Positions 29,201 to 38,627 of a DNA stretch of 64,000 nucleotides are shown here, in pieces. The DNA is from a candidate division WOR-3 bacterium (GTDB lineage Bacteria > Hydrothermota > Tepidihabitantia > SM23-42 > JAOAFX01), in contig JBBILZ010000001.1 of assembly GCA_037444665.1 (NCBI GenBank), forward strand, positions 32,001-96,000. The letters are read 5' to 3'. Under the pieces are notes generated by a model. That model ran no database searches, had not been told where the DNA came from, and worked only from the letters and a program-made list of their open reading frames with translations. Positions within the stretch are counted from its first letter, which is position 1. The number at the start of each line of letters is the position of its first letter. Both the position numbers and the translations under genes were made by a program.

Positions 29201-29249
29201 TTTTATAAGTCATGGTCATTTAAGTTTACCGCACAAGTTTTAGTATATA

Positions 29250-29321
29250 TGCACAATTTTTGTGCATTATTTATGAAAAACTCCCGAAATTTCAAGGCTT
29301 TAACCTGGCACAGGATTTGCA
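29250..29321 (+). promoter_or_regulatory. sigma54 promoter with upstream enhancer palindrome
   Basis: TGCACAATTTTTGTGCA 29250-29266; TGGCAC-AGGAT-TTGCA 29306-29321. Confidence 0.8.
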
Positions 29322-29344
29322 TATTATATTGGCAGAGGTGCCAA

Positions 29345-30115
29345 ATGAAAAGAATAAAAGATTCCCTTCAATTGATTCTGGTCGCATCCGGGCTAATTTT
29401 TTCGCCCTGCTGTTATGAAGAAGCAGACAATGAGCCACCTGCAGTTCCCAGAGGTTTGAATTCCATTACTGGTGACGAACAAGTGATGCTCACCTGGTAT
29501 CAGAATACTGAACCTGACCTTGCTGGTTATAGGGTCTTTCGCAGTCCTGCACCAGAAGGACCTTATTATCTTATCGGTGAAACAAACTTAGATTATTTCC
29601 TTGATTATGGTTTAATGAACGGACAAACCTATTTCTATGCAATCTCTGCTTATGACATACATAATAACGAAAGTGAACTTTCTTATGAGACGGTCTATGA
29701 TACACCCAGACCCGAAGGATTTGATGAAAAAATCTTTGATTATACTGAATACCCTGCGTATGCTGGTTGGGACTTCAGCAATTATACAGTAGTTCCATAC
29801 AATTATTCAAACTGTGATTTTTATTTTGGTTATGACGATTACAATAATTCTTATTATTTCTTCATTGGTAAGCCCGGTGGATTGATTCAGGATATGGGTT
29901 ATACCTATTCTTTTGATGAGATTGGTTATGCGCCTGATGATGGTTGGTCTCCAACCGGCATTGCACAAGCCATTGAAGGCCATACCTATGTTATCTGGAC
30001 CTGGGACAACCATTTTGCCAAAGTCCGTATCACATCAATAAAATCTGATTATGTCGTGTTTGACTGGGCATACCAGGTTGACCCGGGTAACCCGGAACTG
30101 GTGAGGAAAAAATGA
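29345..30115 (+). CDS. Putative lipoprotein with fibronectin type III domain
   Basis: Signal with Cys; PPAVPRGL, W.QNTEPDLAGYRVFR, YFYAISAYD.HNNES; GAGGTG before ATG 29345. Confidence 0.8.
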   Translation: MKRIKDSLQLILVASGLIFSPCCYEEADNEPPAVPRGLNSITGDEQVMLTWYQNTEPDLAGYRVFRSPAPEGPYYLIGETNLDYFLDYGLMNGQTYFYAISAYDIHNNESELSYETVYDTPRPEGFDEKIFDYTEYPAYAGWDFSNYTVVPYNYSNCDFYFGYDDYNNSYYFFIGKPGGLIQDMGYTYSFDEIGYAPDDGWSPTGIAQAIEGHTYVIWTWDNHFAKVRITSIKSDYVVFDWAYQVDPGNPELVRKK

Positions 30116-30156
30116 AAAATAATCTGCATTTTTGCAGAGCAACAAAGGAGGTTAAA

Positions 30157-31131
30157 ATGAAACGCTTATTTTTACTCACCCTTGCCGCAATCCCACTATT
30201 TGCATTCAGTGTCAATTTCATCTACTGCGATTATGATTATGATGATGACTACTGGAACGATGAATACTGGTATCCTGAACCCGATTATTATGATGACTAC
30301 TGGGTCTATTACCCACATGGCTATTATTGTGTTTACTATGTGTGGTACCATCCCTGGTGGTGGGATTGGTATTGGTGGCATTGCCATTGGTGCCACCATT
30401 TTGACTGGCACTTTTTCCGTGCTGGTTTCTATGTTGTCTGGTATGAAGACGGATGCTGGTGGTTCAGACCGAGATATGGCAGGTGGGTACGATACAAAGT
30501 TCCCTATGCCTATAATGAATTCAGATATAAAGCAAGGTCCTATGGAGTCAATCTTCCAGAAAAGCCCACAAGGGAAATTAATATTCCTTATAATGAAAAA
30601 GAGATTCAACGCCTGACAAAAGAAAAGGACCCACAACTATATGCACGCATAGAAAAAGAGTACAGGTCAGGGAACCTGGACAGAATGAAGCAAGAATACG
30701 AAACAAAAGTAAAAAGAGAAATTGCAGTGAAGAATGAAGAATACAGAAAAACAAAATTACAAAACCCGGCTGATGAACGATATAATACAGGCAAGGATGT
30801 AAATAATAAAACAATTGACCGAAGAAAATCTGATTCTTATAATGATGATAGGCAAAAGTCAGATTATAATGAGTCAAGAATAATAAAGAAGTCTAAAAAT
30901 GTGCCTGACAATGATACTGAAACTCCTGAAAGATATGACGAATCTGATAATAGAAAATACGAGCAAAAAAAGAATTACACAGCACCAGACAAGTCTAAAC
31001 AAACTGAACGCGGAGACGAATACAACGCACCAAAAACTCCAAAAACACCAATCAGAAACCTACCCCCACCTGACCAGGAACAGGAAAAAAGAACGGTTAA
31101 AAAACAGAGTGTGCAAAAATCAAGGAGATAA
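30157..31131 (+). CDS. Secreted hypothetical protein with Trp/Tyr/His-rich region and charged low-complexity tail
   Basis: AGGAGG before ATG 30157; signal peptide MKRLFLLTLAAIPLFA. Confidence 0.75.
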   Translation: MKRLFLLTLAAIPLFAFSVNFIYCDYDYDDDYWNDEYWYPEPDYYDDYWVYYPHGYYCVYYVWYHPWWWDWYWWHCHWCHHFDWHFFRAGFYVVWYEDGCWWFRPRYGRWVRYKVPYAYNEFRYKARSYGVNLPEKPTREINIPYNEKEIQRLTKEKDPQLYARIEKEYRSGNLDRMKQEYETKVKREIAVKNEEYRKTKLQNPADERYNTGKDVNNKTIDRRKSDSYNDDRQKSDYNESRIIKKSKNVPDNDTETPERYDESDNRKYEQKKNYTAPDKSKQTERGDEYNAPKTPKTPIRNLPPPDQEQEKRTVKKQSVQKSRR

Positions 31132-31133
31132 AA

Positions 31134-31781
31134 ATGTTCACCACCATATTTTTCTTAATCATCAGCATAAATACAGAAACAGTTGCGATGACTACTCCGG
31201 ACAATTCATTAAATATTGAGAGCTGGCTTAATAAAGACGAACCCGTATATGTCCCTGGTGAACGACTGAAAATCTTCTTTAAGGTGGATAAGGACTGCTA
31301 TGTCGCAGTCTATGATATTGATGTTGGGGGAAGGGAAAATCTTCTCTTCCCCCAGCAAGGGGACAATGGATTTGTTCAGGCAAATAAGGTCTATGAACTA
31401 CCCCCTGCAGATGCAGATTTTGATTATGAGATAACCGGCCCTGAAGGCATAGAAAAAATTATTATTCTTGCCTCAATTAAAGAATTGCCTGACCTTGCTG
31501 ATACCATAGAAGTATCAAAAAGAGAAATTGAGCTATCCATTGAAGAACCAGAGCCAGCAAAACTGAGAATTATCTCAACACCTCCCAAATCCAGGATCTA
31601 TATCAAAGAAGTAATGACTGGCGAGCGTGTTTATGTCGGAAAAACACCACGGACCATTGTCTTAAAGCCTGGCGAATATATTGTGGAGATAAAAAAATTA
31701 GGGTATCAGACCATTAAAAGGCGAATCTGGCTTGAGCCGGAAGAAAAAAGAAGGATCTATGTTAGTCTATGGCCCTGGTAA
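31134..31781 (+). CDS. DUF4384 + PEGA domain protein
   Basis: YVPGERLKIFF..DKDCYV, LLFP, GPEGIEKI; IISTPP..., GKTP, LKPGEY.VEIKK.GY. Confidence 0.8.
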   Translation: MFTTIFFLIISINTETVAMTTPDNSLNIESWLNKDEPVYVPGERLKIFFKVDKDCYVAVYDIDVGGRENLLFPQQGDNGFVQANKVYELPPADADFDYEITGPEGIEKIIILASIKELPDLADTIEVSKREIELSIEEPEPAKLRIISTPPKSRIYIKEVMTGERVYVGKTPRTIVLKPGEYIVEIKKLGYQTIKRRIWLEPEEKRRIYVSLWPW

Positions 31782-31823
31782 TCTTGACAAACCAATTATA
31801 TTTTATATAATTGAGGAGTTAAA

Positions 31824-32192
31824 ATGAATAGAATATTCTTAAGCATTATCTTTATTCTCGGTAGTTTATGGGCAGTGAAACCTGTGCCCAGAATTGAAAA
31901 AACAGATGAAGACAAAAAACCTGTTATACAGATTCAGATTCCTGATGAGAATAAAGAGGACCAAAAAGAACAGAATAATAATTCTTTAGAGACTAACAAA
32001 CCAAAGAACCAGAATAATAAAAATGACCAGTTCATTGATAGTGACTCAAATAATGTAAATGACCAGCGTGAAAATGACCTGTTAAAGATAAAACAATTGA
32101 AAAACAAATTTAAGGACCTCTTCAAAAAAGATAGCGACACAGATAGAAAACCCAAAGAACCAGTAAAAACAAAGAAATCTGTTAAAAAATAG
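31824..32192 (+). CDS. Hypothetical secreted protein
   Basis: Signal peptide; promoter TTGACA(31784), 16 bp, TATAAT; GAGGAG RBS; FIDSDSNNVND resembles a Ca-binding loop. Confidence 0.65.
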   Translation: MNRIFLSIIFILGSLWAVKPVPRIEKTDEDKKPVIQIQIPDENKEDQKEQNNNSLETNKPKNQNNKNDQFIDSDSNNVNDQRENDLLKIKQLKNKFKDLFKKDSDTDRKPKEPVKTKKSVKK

Positions 32193-32883
32193 TTGATGTG
32201 TATTCCTTCAATATGATGCTGTTTTTACCCGAAGAAGTTAAAAGTTTCACAAAGCGGTGGGGAAAATTTTTTTCAATATAAAAATAGAATTTTATACTCG
32301 TAAATACTACGCGCGGCTTCATCATTATCTTCCAGCATTCAAAAATACCAACAGGTGTTGTTACACTATCTTCACCAATCACCTCTAAATCAGCATTCAC
32401 TATCATAAATTCAGGCACGAGTAATCTTATCCTTTTTTTAAAATCTTTACTATAGGTAAAACCCCTTAATACAAAGTCAAGTGTATGTCGGTCATATACC
32501 GGCGCACTCTCTTTATAAAAACTCTTTCTGCCCTGATAATTGACTTCAATAATATGATCTTTTTTAACACTCAACTCCCATTTTCCTTTTATGATTTTAT
32601 TTAGATAGATTGTCTGTAGATTTACTGGGTCAAGGATTGTTTCCACTGTGCGGTCTGAAATATATGTAATACGATAGCCAGCACTGTCCCTTTCTGATTT
32701 TACTTCTATCTTACCAATCTTTCCCTTATCATTTGTCTCATAAACAATATATTCGCTATCAGGCAATAGAGATTCACCAGCAAAAAGATAAAACGATAAT
32801 AAAAAAAATATACAAAAAGCATACTTTGAAAAATTGTTAGCAGAAACAGTTGTGTGAAATCTCACAATCTTAAGACTTTGCAC
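32182..32883 (-). CDS. Hypothetical protein (DUF3108-like)
   Basis: VTTPVGIFECWKI motif; N-terminal hydrophobic segment. Confidence 0.6.
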   Translation of the reverse strand: MQSLKIVRFHTTVSANNFSKYAFCIFFLLSFYLFAGESLLPDSEYIVYETNDKGKIGKIEVKSERDSAGYRITYISDRTVETILDPVNLQTIYLNKIIKGKWELSVKKDHIIEVNYQGRKSFYKESAPVYDRHTLDFVLRGFTYSKDFKKRIRLLVPEFMIVNADLEVIGEDSVTTPVGIFECWKIMMKPRVVFTSIKFYFYIEKNFPHRFVKLLTSSGKNSIILKEYTSTIF

Positions 32884-33556
32884 CTAAATGGTCAACAATG
32901 TCCAATAATTGAATAATATCATCAATCTCATAATCTGCACCAGAATTTTTTGTTCCAAAGGTATCACCATATCGGGCAAAAACAGTTTTCATTCCGATGA
33001 CTTTTGCACCAGTAATATCCCTCTCTGCCCAATCACCCACCATCATTCCCTCTTCTGGTTTTATATTCAATTTTTCAAGGGTGATTTTAAATGGTGCTGG
33101 GTCAGGTTTTCTTTTATAGGTATCTTCAAAAGTAACGACAACATCAAAAAGGTGATGGAGATTCAATTGACAGAGCCTTAGCCATGCCTGTAACTTAGGG
33201 GCATCAGTCACAACTGCAAGTTTTAAACCCCTTTTTATCAAACCGATAAGAGTAATATAAACATGGGGATAGAGCACGAGTGCTGCTTCACGCGCCCGGC
33301 GATAACCAACAATGCCGGCGGCATGGATCCGTGAATCAATGTGGCCAAACTCCCGTGTCAAAAATTTATCAAAGACAGTCTGGTCTTCAATACCCACTTC
33401 TCTGTATATATCAAAAATTTTCTGTCGTGCAACATTCCTGTCCATCTTGAGACCCGCATCTATCATTGCACTTACTGCGGCGTCCACTGCTGACTCTTTC
33501 ATTGCCATAAAATCTACGAGGGTATTATCAAGGTCAAAGATTATACCTTTTATCAT
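32870..33556 (-). CDS. HAD-IA family hydrolase
   Basis: FDLDNTL, VVTD, KPDP, MVGD..ERDI.GA. Confidence 0.9.
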   Translation of the reverse strand: MIKGIIFDLDNTLVDFMAMKESAVDAAVSAMIDAGLKMDRNVARQKIFDIYREVGIEDQTVFDKFLTREFGHIDSRIHAAGIVGYRRAREAALVLYPHVYITLIGLIKRGLKLAVVTDAPKLQAWLRLCQLNLHHLFDVVVTFEDTYKRKPDPAPFKITLEKLNIKPEEGMMVGDWAERDITGAKVIGMKTVFARYGDTFGTKNSGADYEIDDIIQLLDIVDHLGAKS

Positions 33557-34563
33557 AAATTTGCCCTCAATATCTTCGCTGATTTTTCTGGTCCATACCG
33601 GTTAATGTAAAAACCTGTACCCAGTTCAAAACCTGTTGTCCGATATATTCGTGGAATTATCTCAATATGCCAGTGAAAATCCTGTTCAATGGTTTTCCAG
33701 TAATCAGGACGCGGCAAAAGATTGGGACTATCAGTGAGCACAAGATTATACGGTGGGTCACTAAATCCATTGCGAATTGAACCGCAGATTTTTTTTAAGG
33801 TATATGCGAGGTCATCCAGTTCAATCTTGCTGATGAGTTTGTAAGAGTATTTATGATTTTTTGGAATGACCATAACCTCACCAGGAAATCGTGAGGCATA
33901 AGGAGCAAATGCTACAAAATTATCGGTCTGGAGAATGAGTCTTTCTGCCATATCAATTTCCTGCTGAATAATATCACAGAAGATACACCTTTCTTTATAG
34001 CGATAATATTCGTAAGAGCCATTGAGTTTTTGTTTTACGCGATTTGGTGTTGCAGGCAGGGCAATCAAATCAGAATGAGTATGATTAATCGTTGAAGAAC
34101 CAGCAAGCCGACCATAATTTTTAAAAATTAATACATATCTGATTCTCTTATCTTTGTGCAAATCTTCAATTCTATATCGGTATGTATCAAGGACAAGTGA
34201 AATCTGCTGTGTGCTGAGGTCAGCAAAATTTGTTATATGTGTGGGCGATTCTATTATCACCTCATTGGCACCAGTGCCAGTAACCATATCATAAACGCCA
34301 ACACCAAATTTTTCCAGTTCACCTTCAACCCTTAAAATAGGGTGAATATTCGGAACAACACGCACTCTCCAGCCTGGACCATTGGGCTGAGAACCATCCC
34401 TTATTGCATATATCTCTTTGGGTGTGTTCAATTCATTACCTTCACAGAATGGACAGGGTCCAGATTGAGTGGCAATCTCAGCAGAGACCACCGGGATCAC
34501 ATCGTTTTCCGTATCAATAATTACCCAGGTATCGGTCACAATATCCCTTCTTACCTCGGACAT
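33553..34563 (-). CDS. galT: GalT-family (HIT superfamily) nucleotidyltransferase
   Basis: CPFCEGNE, WRVRVVPN, EVIIESP.H, FKNYG..AG, HTHSD, CIFCD, FHWHIEI. Confidence 0.8.
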   Translation of the reverse strand: MSEVRRDIVTDTWVIIDTENDVIPVVSAEIATQSGPCPFCEGNELNTPKEIYAIRDGSQPNGPGWRVRVVPNIHPILRVEGELEKFGVGVYDMVTGTGANEVIIESPTHITNFADLSTQQISLVLDTYRYRIEDLHKDKRIRYVLIFKNYGRLAGSSTINHTHSDLIALPATPNRVKQKLNGSYEYYRYKERCIFCDIIQQEIDMAERLILQTDNFVAFAPYASRFPGEVMVIPKNHKYSYKLISKIELDDLAYTLKKICGSIRNGFSDPPYNLVLTDSPNLLPRPDYWKTIEQDFHWHIEIIPRIYRTTGFELGTGFYINRYGPEKSAKILRANL

Positions 34564-34676
34564 TTTACCTCCTTAACCGTCATACTCTCCATCTATTTTT
34601 GCCATAACAATCACAAATCTTTATCTGAATTTTTCGGGTAATATCAATCTGGAAATTGGCCAGAGAATTCAATCTG

Positions 34677-36503
34677 TTATTCAACCGTCACACTCTTTGC
34701 CAGATTCCTTGGCCGGTCAACATCCAGTCCTTTGAATGTTGCAATAAAATAGGCGAGTAATTGCAATGGTATAACTGCAAGGATTGGTGAAATAAATTCA
34801 TTGCATCCGGGAATTTCTATTACATATTTACTAACTTTAGCGGTCTGCTGGTCCCCTTTTGTAACCACACTGATAACCTGACCTTTGCGCGCAACAACTT
34901 CCTGAATATTGTTTAACATTTTTTCGTAGACACTGGCTTCTGGGTTAATACAGACCACCGGCATATTTTCATCAATCAGGGCGATCGGGCCATGTTTCAT
35001 TTCACCTGCGGCATAGCCTGTTGCATGGATATAAGAAATTTCTTTTAATTTCAGAGCACCTTCAAGTGCAGTTGGATAATTTATTCCCCTACCTAAAAAT
35101 AGAAAGTCCCTTACATTATAAAACTTTAAAGCAATCTTCCTGATCTCTTCCTGCTGATTTAATATCTCTTCTACCTGTCCAGGTATTTTTTTCATTTCAT
35201 TCAAATGATAAGATAATTCATCCTGACGAACAAATCCTCTTAATGCACCGAGATAAAGGCTGAACAGAAATAGATTTAAAATTTCTGCCGTATATGCCTT
35301 GGTTGATGCAACACCAATTTCAGGGCCAGCCATAATTGAAATGGCACTATCTGACTCTTTGTAGATACTTGAATGTAATACATTTACCAATGAAACAACC
35401 CTCAGGAATCGTGCCTTTGCCTCTCTCAATCCTGCAATCGTGTCAGCAGTTTCACCGGACTGGCTGATTGCCATTACCATTGTATCTCCATCAAGAACCA
35501 TATCCCGATAACGAAATTCACTTGAAATATCAACTTCAGTGCTGACACGAGCGAAACGCTCAATTAAATATTTACCAACGACTCCTGCATGCCAGGATGT
35601 TCCACAGGCCTGGATATATATTCGGGAAATCTTCAAAAAATCCTTATCTGAAAAATTCAGTTCTTCACCAAAATTAATTTTATTATTAATAATGCGTGCA
35701 TTAATAATCTGTGAAAGTACGCGGGGTTGTTCATAGATCTCTTTGAGCATGAAATGGGGAAAATTATCTTTTTCAATGTCTTTTATTTTGATCGTAACCT
35801 TTCGTGGCTGAATTGCAATCTCTTCACCCTTAAAATCTTTGATTAAATAATTTTTGGGTGCAATCTCGGCAACTGTATCATTGGGCATATCTATTATCCT
35901 GTCAAATATTGCAATAACACCAGAGACGTCACTTGCCAGCGCTGATTCATTATCATTCACAGCCAGGACCAGTGGTGCATCGTGCCGGGCACAAACAATA
36001 CGGTCAGGCTCTTTTGTAGAAATCACAGCAAATGCAAAATTGCCTTTTAAACGGGATACAGATTGTAGCACCGCATCAAATAAACTGGTCTTTAAATTCT
36101 CCTCAATAAGATGGACAATAACTTCTGAGTCTGTATAAGAACGGAAGATATGTCCCCTGCTCTCAAGTTCGTCTTTTAATAAATGATAGTTTTCAATAAT
36201 ACCATTTACAACCAGGGCAAGGTTCTCATTACAATCAATAAGGGGATGGGTATTTTCCTCATGCGGACTGCCATGTGTTGCCCAGCGTGTGTGGCCAATT
36301 CCAATGCCTCCGCTCACTGGTGCCCTTTTTATTAATTCCTGAAGTTCACTCAGCTTGCCTGGAACTTTACGAATGAGAAGTTCTTCATTGTTTATTACTG
36401 CAATTCCGCTTGAATCATAGCCACGATATTCAAGACGCCACAGACCACCCAATAGTACACTTGTAATATCCCTTGGTCCAACATAACCAACAATTCCACA
36501 CAT
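34677..36503 (-). CDS. glmS: Glutamine--fructose-6-phosphate transaminase
   Basis: MCGIVG, EYRGYDS, GHTRWATHG, SQSGETAD, LKLKEISY, PRNLAKSVTVE. Confidence 0.98.
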   Translation of the reverse strand: MCGIVGYVGPRDITSVLLGGLWRLEYRGYDSSGIAVINNEELLIRKVPGKLSELQELIKRAPVSGGIGIGHTRWATHGSPHEENTHPLIDCNENLALVVNGIIENYHLLKDELESRGHIFRSYTDSEVIVHLIEENLKTSLFDAVLQSVSRLKGNFAFAVISTKEPDRIVCARHDAPLVLAVNDNESALASDVSGVIAIFDRIIDMPNDTVAEIAPKNYLIKDFKGEEIAIQPRKVTIKIKDIEKDNFPHFMLKEIYEQPRVLSQIINARIINNKINFGEELNFSDKDFLKISRIYIQACGTSWHAGVVGKYLIERFARVSTEVDISSEFRYRDMVLDGDTMVMAISQSGETADTIAGLREAKARFLRVVSLVNVLHSSIYKESDSAISIMAGPEIGVASTKAYTAEILNLFLFSLYLGALRGFVRQDELSYHLNEMKKIPGQVEEILNQQEEIRKIALKFYNVRDFLFLGRGINYPTALEGALKLKEISYIHATGYAAGEMKHGPIALIDENMPVVCINPEASVYEKMLNNIQEVVARKGQVISVVTKGDQQTAKVSKYVIEIPGCNEFISPILAVIPLQLLAYFIATFKGLDVDRPRNLAKSVTVE

Positions 36504-36567
36504 TATAAATGATTATATAAAAATTAATAAGGTTGTCAAGGATTTGCTAAACAAATTTTTTATTTCT

Positions 36568-38580
36568 TTATTTTACCAGCAAATTTATCGTCCTCTTAAA
36601 AACCTCTGGTTCAATCTCAACGAGTGTAATACTTTTTAAAAAATCTAAAAAACCCGCAATATCTAAATTCAAAAGATGGTCTTGTACCTGCAATTCAAAG
36701 GGTAGATCATAAAAGAATGCACCACTGCCAAGGGCATCTTCAAATCTTGCAATATTTTCAGCAATTATCTTTTTTATGGATCCCTCACGGGGTACAGGAA
36801 ACTTCATATCCGGCATCTGAAATTTATTGAGCGTGAGTATTTTTCCTTCAATATCAAGTGCATCAATACCTTCTTCATAAAGTGCTTCAGCAATAATAAA
36901 ACCATAAAGCGAACCAAGAAGATGAATAATATGGGTGTTCTTGCCATCATAAAAAAGAGGAAAATCATGGAGCCCGAGATGCGGGAAAAATCTATTTTTT
37001 AAGACTGCCGAAAGTAAATAATTGTAATTTCCTGCGCCCTTTCCTTCAAAGATTTTGGAAAAGTCAGGACCTTCACCAATACATCGCGCATAAATCTTTT
37101 TTTCTTTTTCCAGCACATTTACTTTTTCCCAGCATCTTCCGCCCAGGATAAATCTCTCAAGAACATAATAAATCCTTCCCAGCATATGCCCGGTGCTAAT
37201 ATCAAAAACACTGTATTCGCCAAAAGATTTTTCAGTAATATTGGAATGAATCTTTCCGTAAGTAATTTTATTTTCTAATTTATCACTCAGAAAATATATG
37301 CCTGGTCTCATCTCTCTAATAATCCCATCATTGAACAGTTTCTGAAAGATCGCTTTTAAAATCTCTTCAGGATAAATTGTACTGAATATCTGAAAAAGAC
37401 TATTAAAGGTTGTGCCAATCCTGCGCCTTTGATAAAGATACGAATATACCTGCTGTGGTATAACGGATAATAGAGGTTGATAATTCTTTTCATATAATAT
37501 TCCCTGTCGGGCAAGTTCAAAGAATGTTTCAAAGAGAATCTTTTCCCAGTCATTTGAGTAAACAGCAATGGCAAAGAGATTATCAGTGCGGCGATTTCCC
37601 CTGCCTGTCCTCTGAAGTAAGGATGAAATATTATAGGGCGGACGATAAAGCACAATCGCATCAACATCACCAATATCAATACCAAGTTCTAAGGTTGAGG
37701 TCGCCAGTAATATTGCCCGATCAGATTGATTCATAAATTTTTCCACCTCTTCCCTTTTGGTTCTCGGCAGACTTGCGTGATGCACAAATACCCGGTCTTC
37801 AAAAGCCGGAAATTTAATTTTTTGTGAAAAACTTTCAGCAAGGCTCCGCGCATTAAAAAAAGCAAGTATTTTCTTTAATTGCCGCTTCTGTATTATGTTA
37901 TACATCTCTTTTATAAAATTTTTTGCCGGCACCAGCATATACTCAATTTCACGCATTGATTTAAGGAAACAGACTTGTGGGTTATCAAAGTATCGCTTGC
38001 CAATCTCTATATCATCAATCGTTGCAGAAAGTGCACAATACTGCACTCTTTTATTATTTTTTTCCAGAATTTTTCTTAATCTAATTAAAAGAATCCTCAA
38101 CTGGTCACCCCTTGGAGTATTATCAAGAAGATGGATCTCATCAAGGATTATTGCAGAAAGATTCAAAAAAATCTCAGGCACACGGGTCAACATAGAATCA
38201 AATGATTCTGGAGTAGTTAAAAGGACATTGGATAGATTTCTTTTATTAATAATAGGATGGTCTCCAGTCTTACGACTTATTGAAAGATTTAAATCATTTA
38301 TCGGCTCTTCCAGCCTTCTAAAAAGGTCATTGACCAGGGCACGGGTCGGTGTAATATAGAGCACTTCAAGACCTTTTGTATCGCCTTGAAGCAGATTTTC
38401 CAATACTGGAGCAATCACTGCCTCGGTCTTGCCAGTGGCAGCAGGTGAAATTACCACAACATTTTCTTTATTGAGAATATGGGGAATAGCAAGTTCCTGG
38501 ATTGGAGTAAACCTTCCAAATCTGCTAAAAAACGGACCCCAGGTATATTTCAATAGCTCTTTAATTTGTTGAGAATCCAT
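36568..38580 (-). CDS. Short Lhr-like SF2 DEAD/DEAH helicase (BrxHI-like)
   Basis: FTPIQ, ATGKTEA, PTRALVND, TTPES, DEIH, LSAT, HHASL, TSTLELGIDIG, QRTGRGNRR. Confidence 0.88.
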   Translation of the reverse strand: MDSQQIKELLKYTWGPFFSRFGRFTPIQELAIPHILNKENVVVISPAATGKTEAVIAPVLENLLQGDTKGLEVLYITPTRALVNDLFRRLEEPINDLNLSISRKTGDHPIINKRNLSNVLLTTPESFDSMLTRVPEIFLNLSAIILDEIHLLDNTPRGDQLRILLIRLRKILEKNNKRVQYCALSATIDDIEIGKRYFDNPQVCFLKSMREIEYMLVPAKNFIKEMYNIIQKRQLKKILAFFNARSLAESFSQKIKFPAFEDRVFVHHASLPRTKREEVEKFMNQSDRAILLATSTLELGIDIGDVDAIVLYRPPYNISSLLQRTGRGNRRTDNLFAIAVYSNDWEKILFETFFELARQGILYEKNYQPLLSVIPQQVYSYLYQRRRIGTTFNSLFQIFSTIYPEEILKAIFQKLFNDGIIREMRPGIYFLSDKLENKITYGKIHSNITEKSFGEYSVFDISTGHMLGRIYYVLERFILGGRCWEKVNVLEKEKKIYARCIGEGPDFSKIFEGKGAGNYNYLLSAVLKNRFFPHLGLHDFPLFYDGKNTHIIHLLGSLYGFIIAEALYEEGIDALDIEGKILTLNKFQMPDMKFPVPREGSIKKIIAENIARFEDALGSGAFFYDLPFELQVQDHLLNLDIAGFLDFLKSITLVEIEPEVFKRTINLLVK

Positions 38581-38627
38581 TATTTATCAGTTCTCTTTTA
38601 TCAATCCTGAAATTATCTCTAAAAAAA

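Noticed and set aside
36504..36567. glmS ribozyme
   Set aside because: Only 64 bp upstream, occupied by a promoter that makes the mRNA essentially leaderless.
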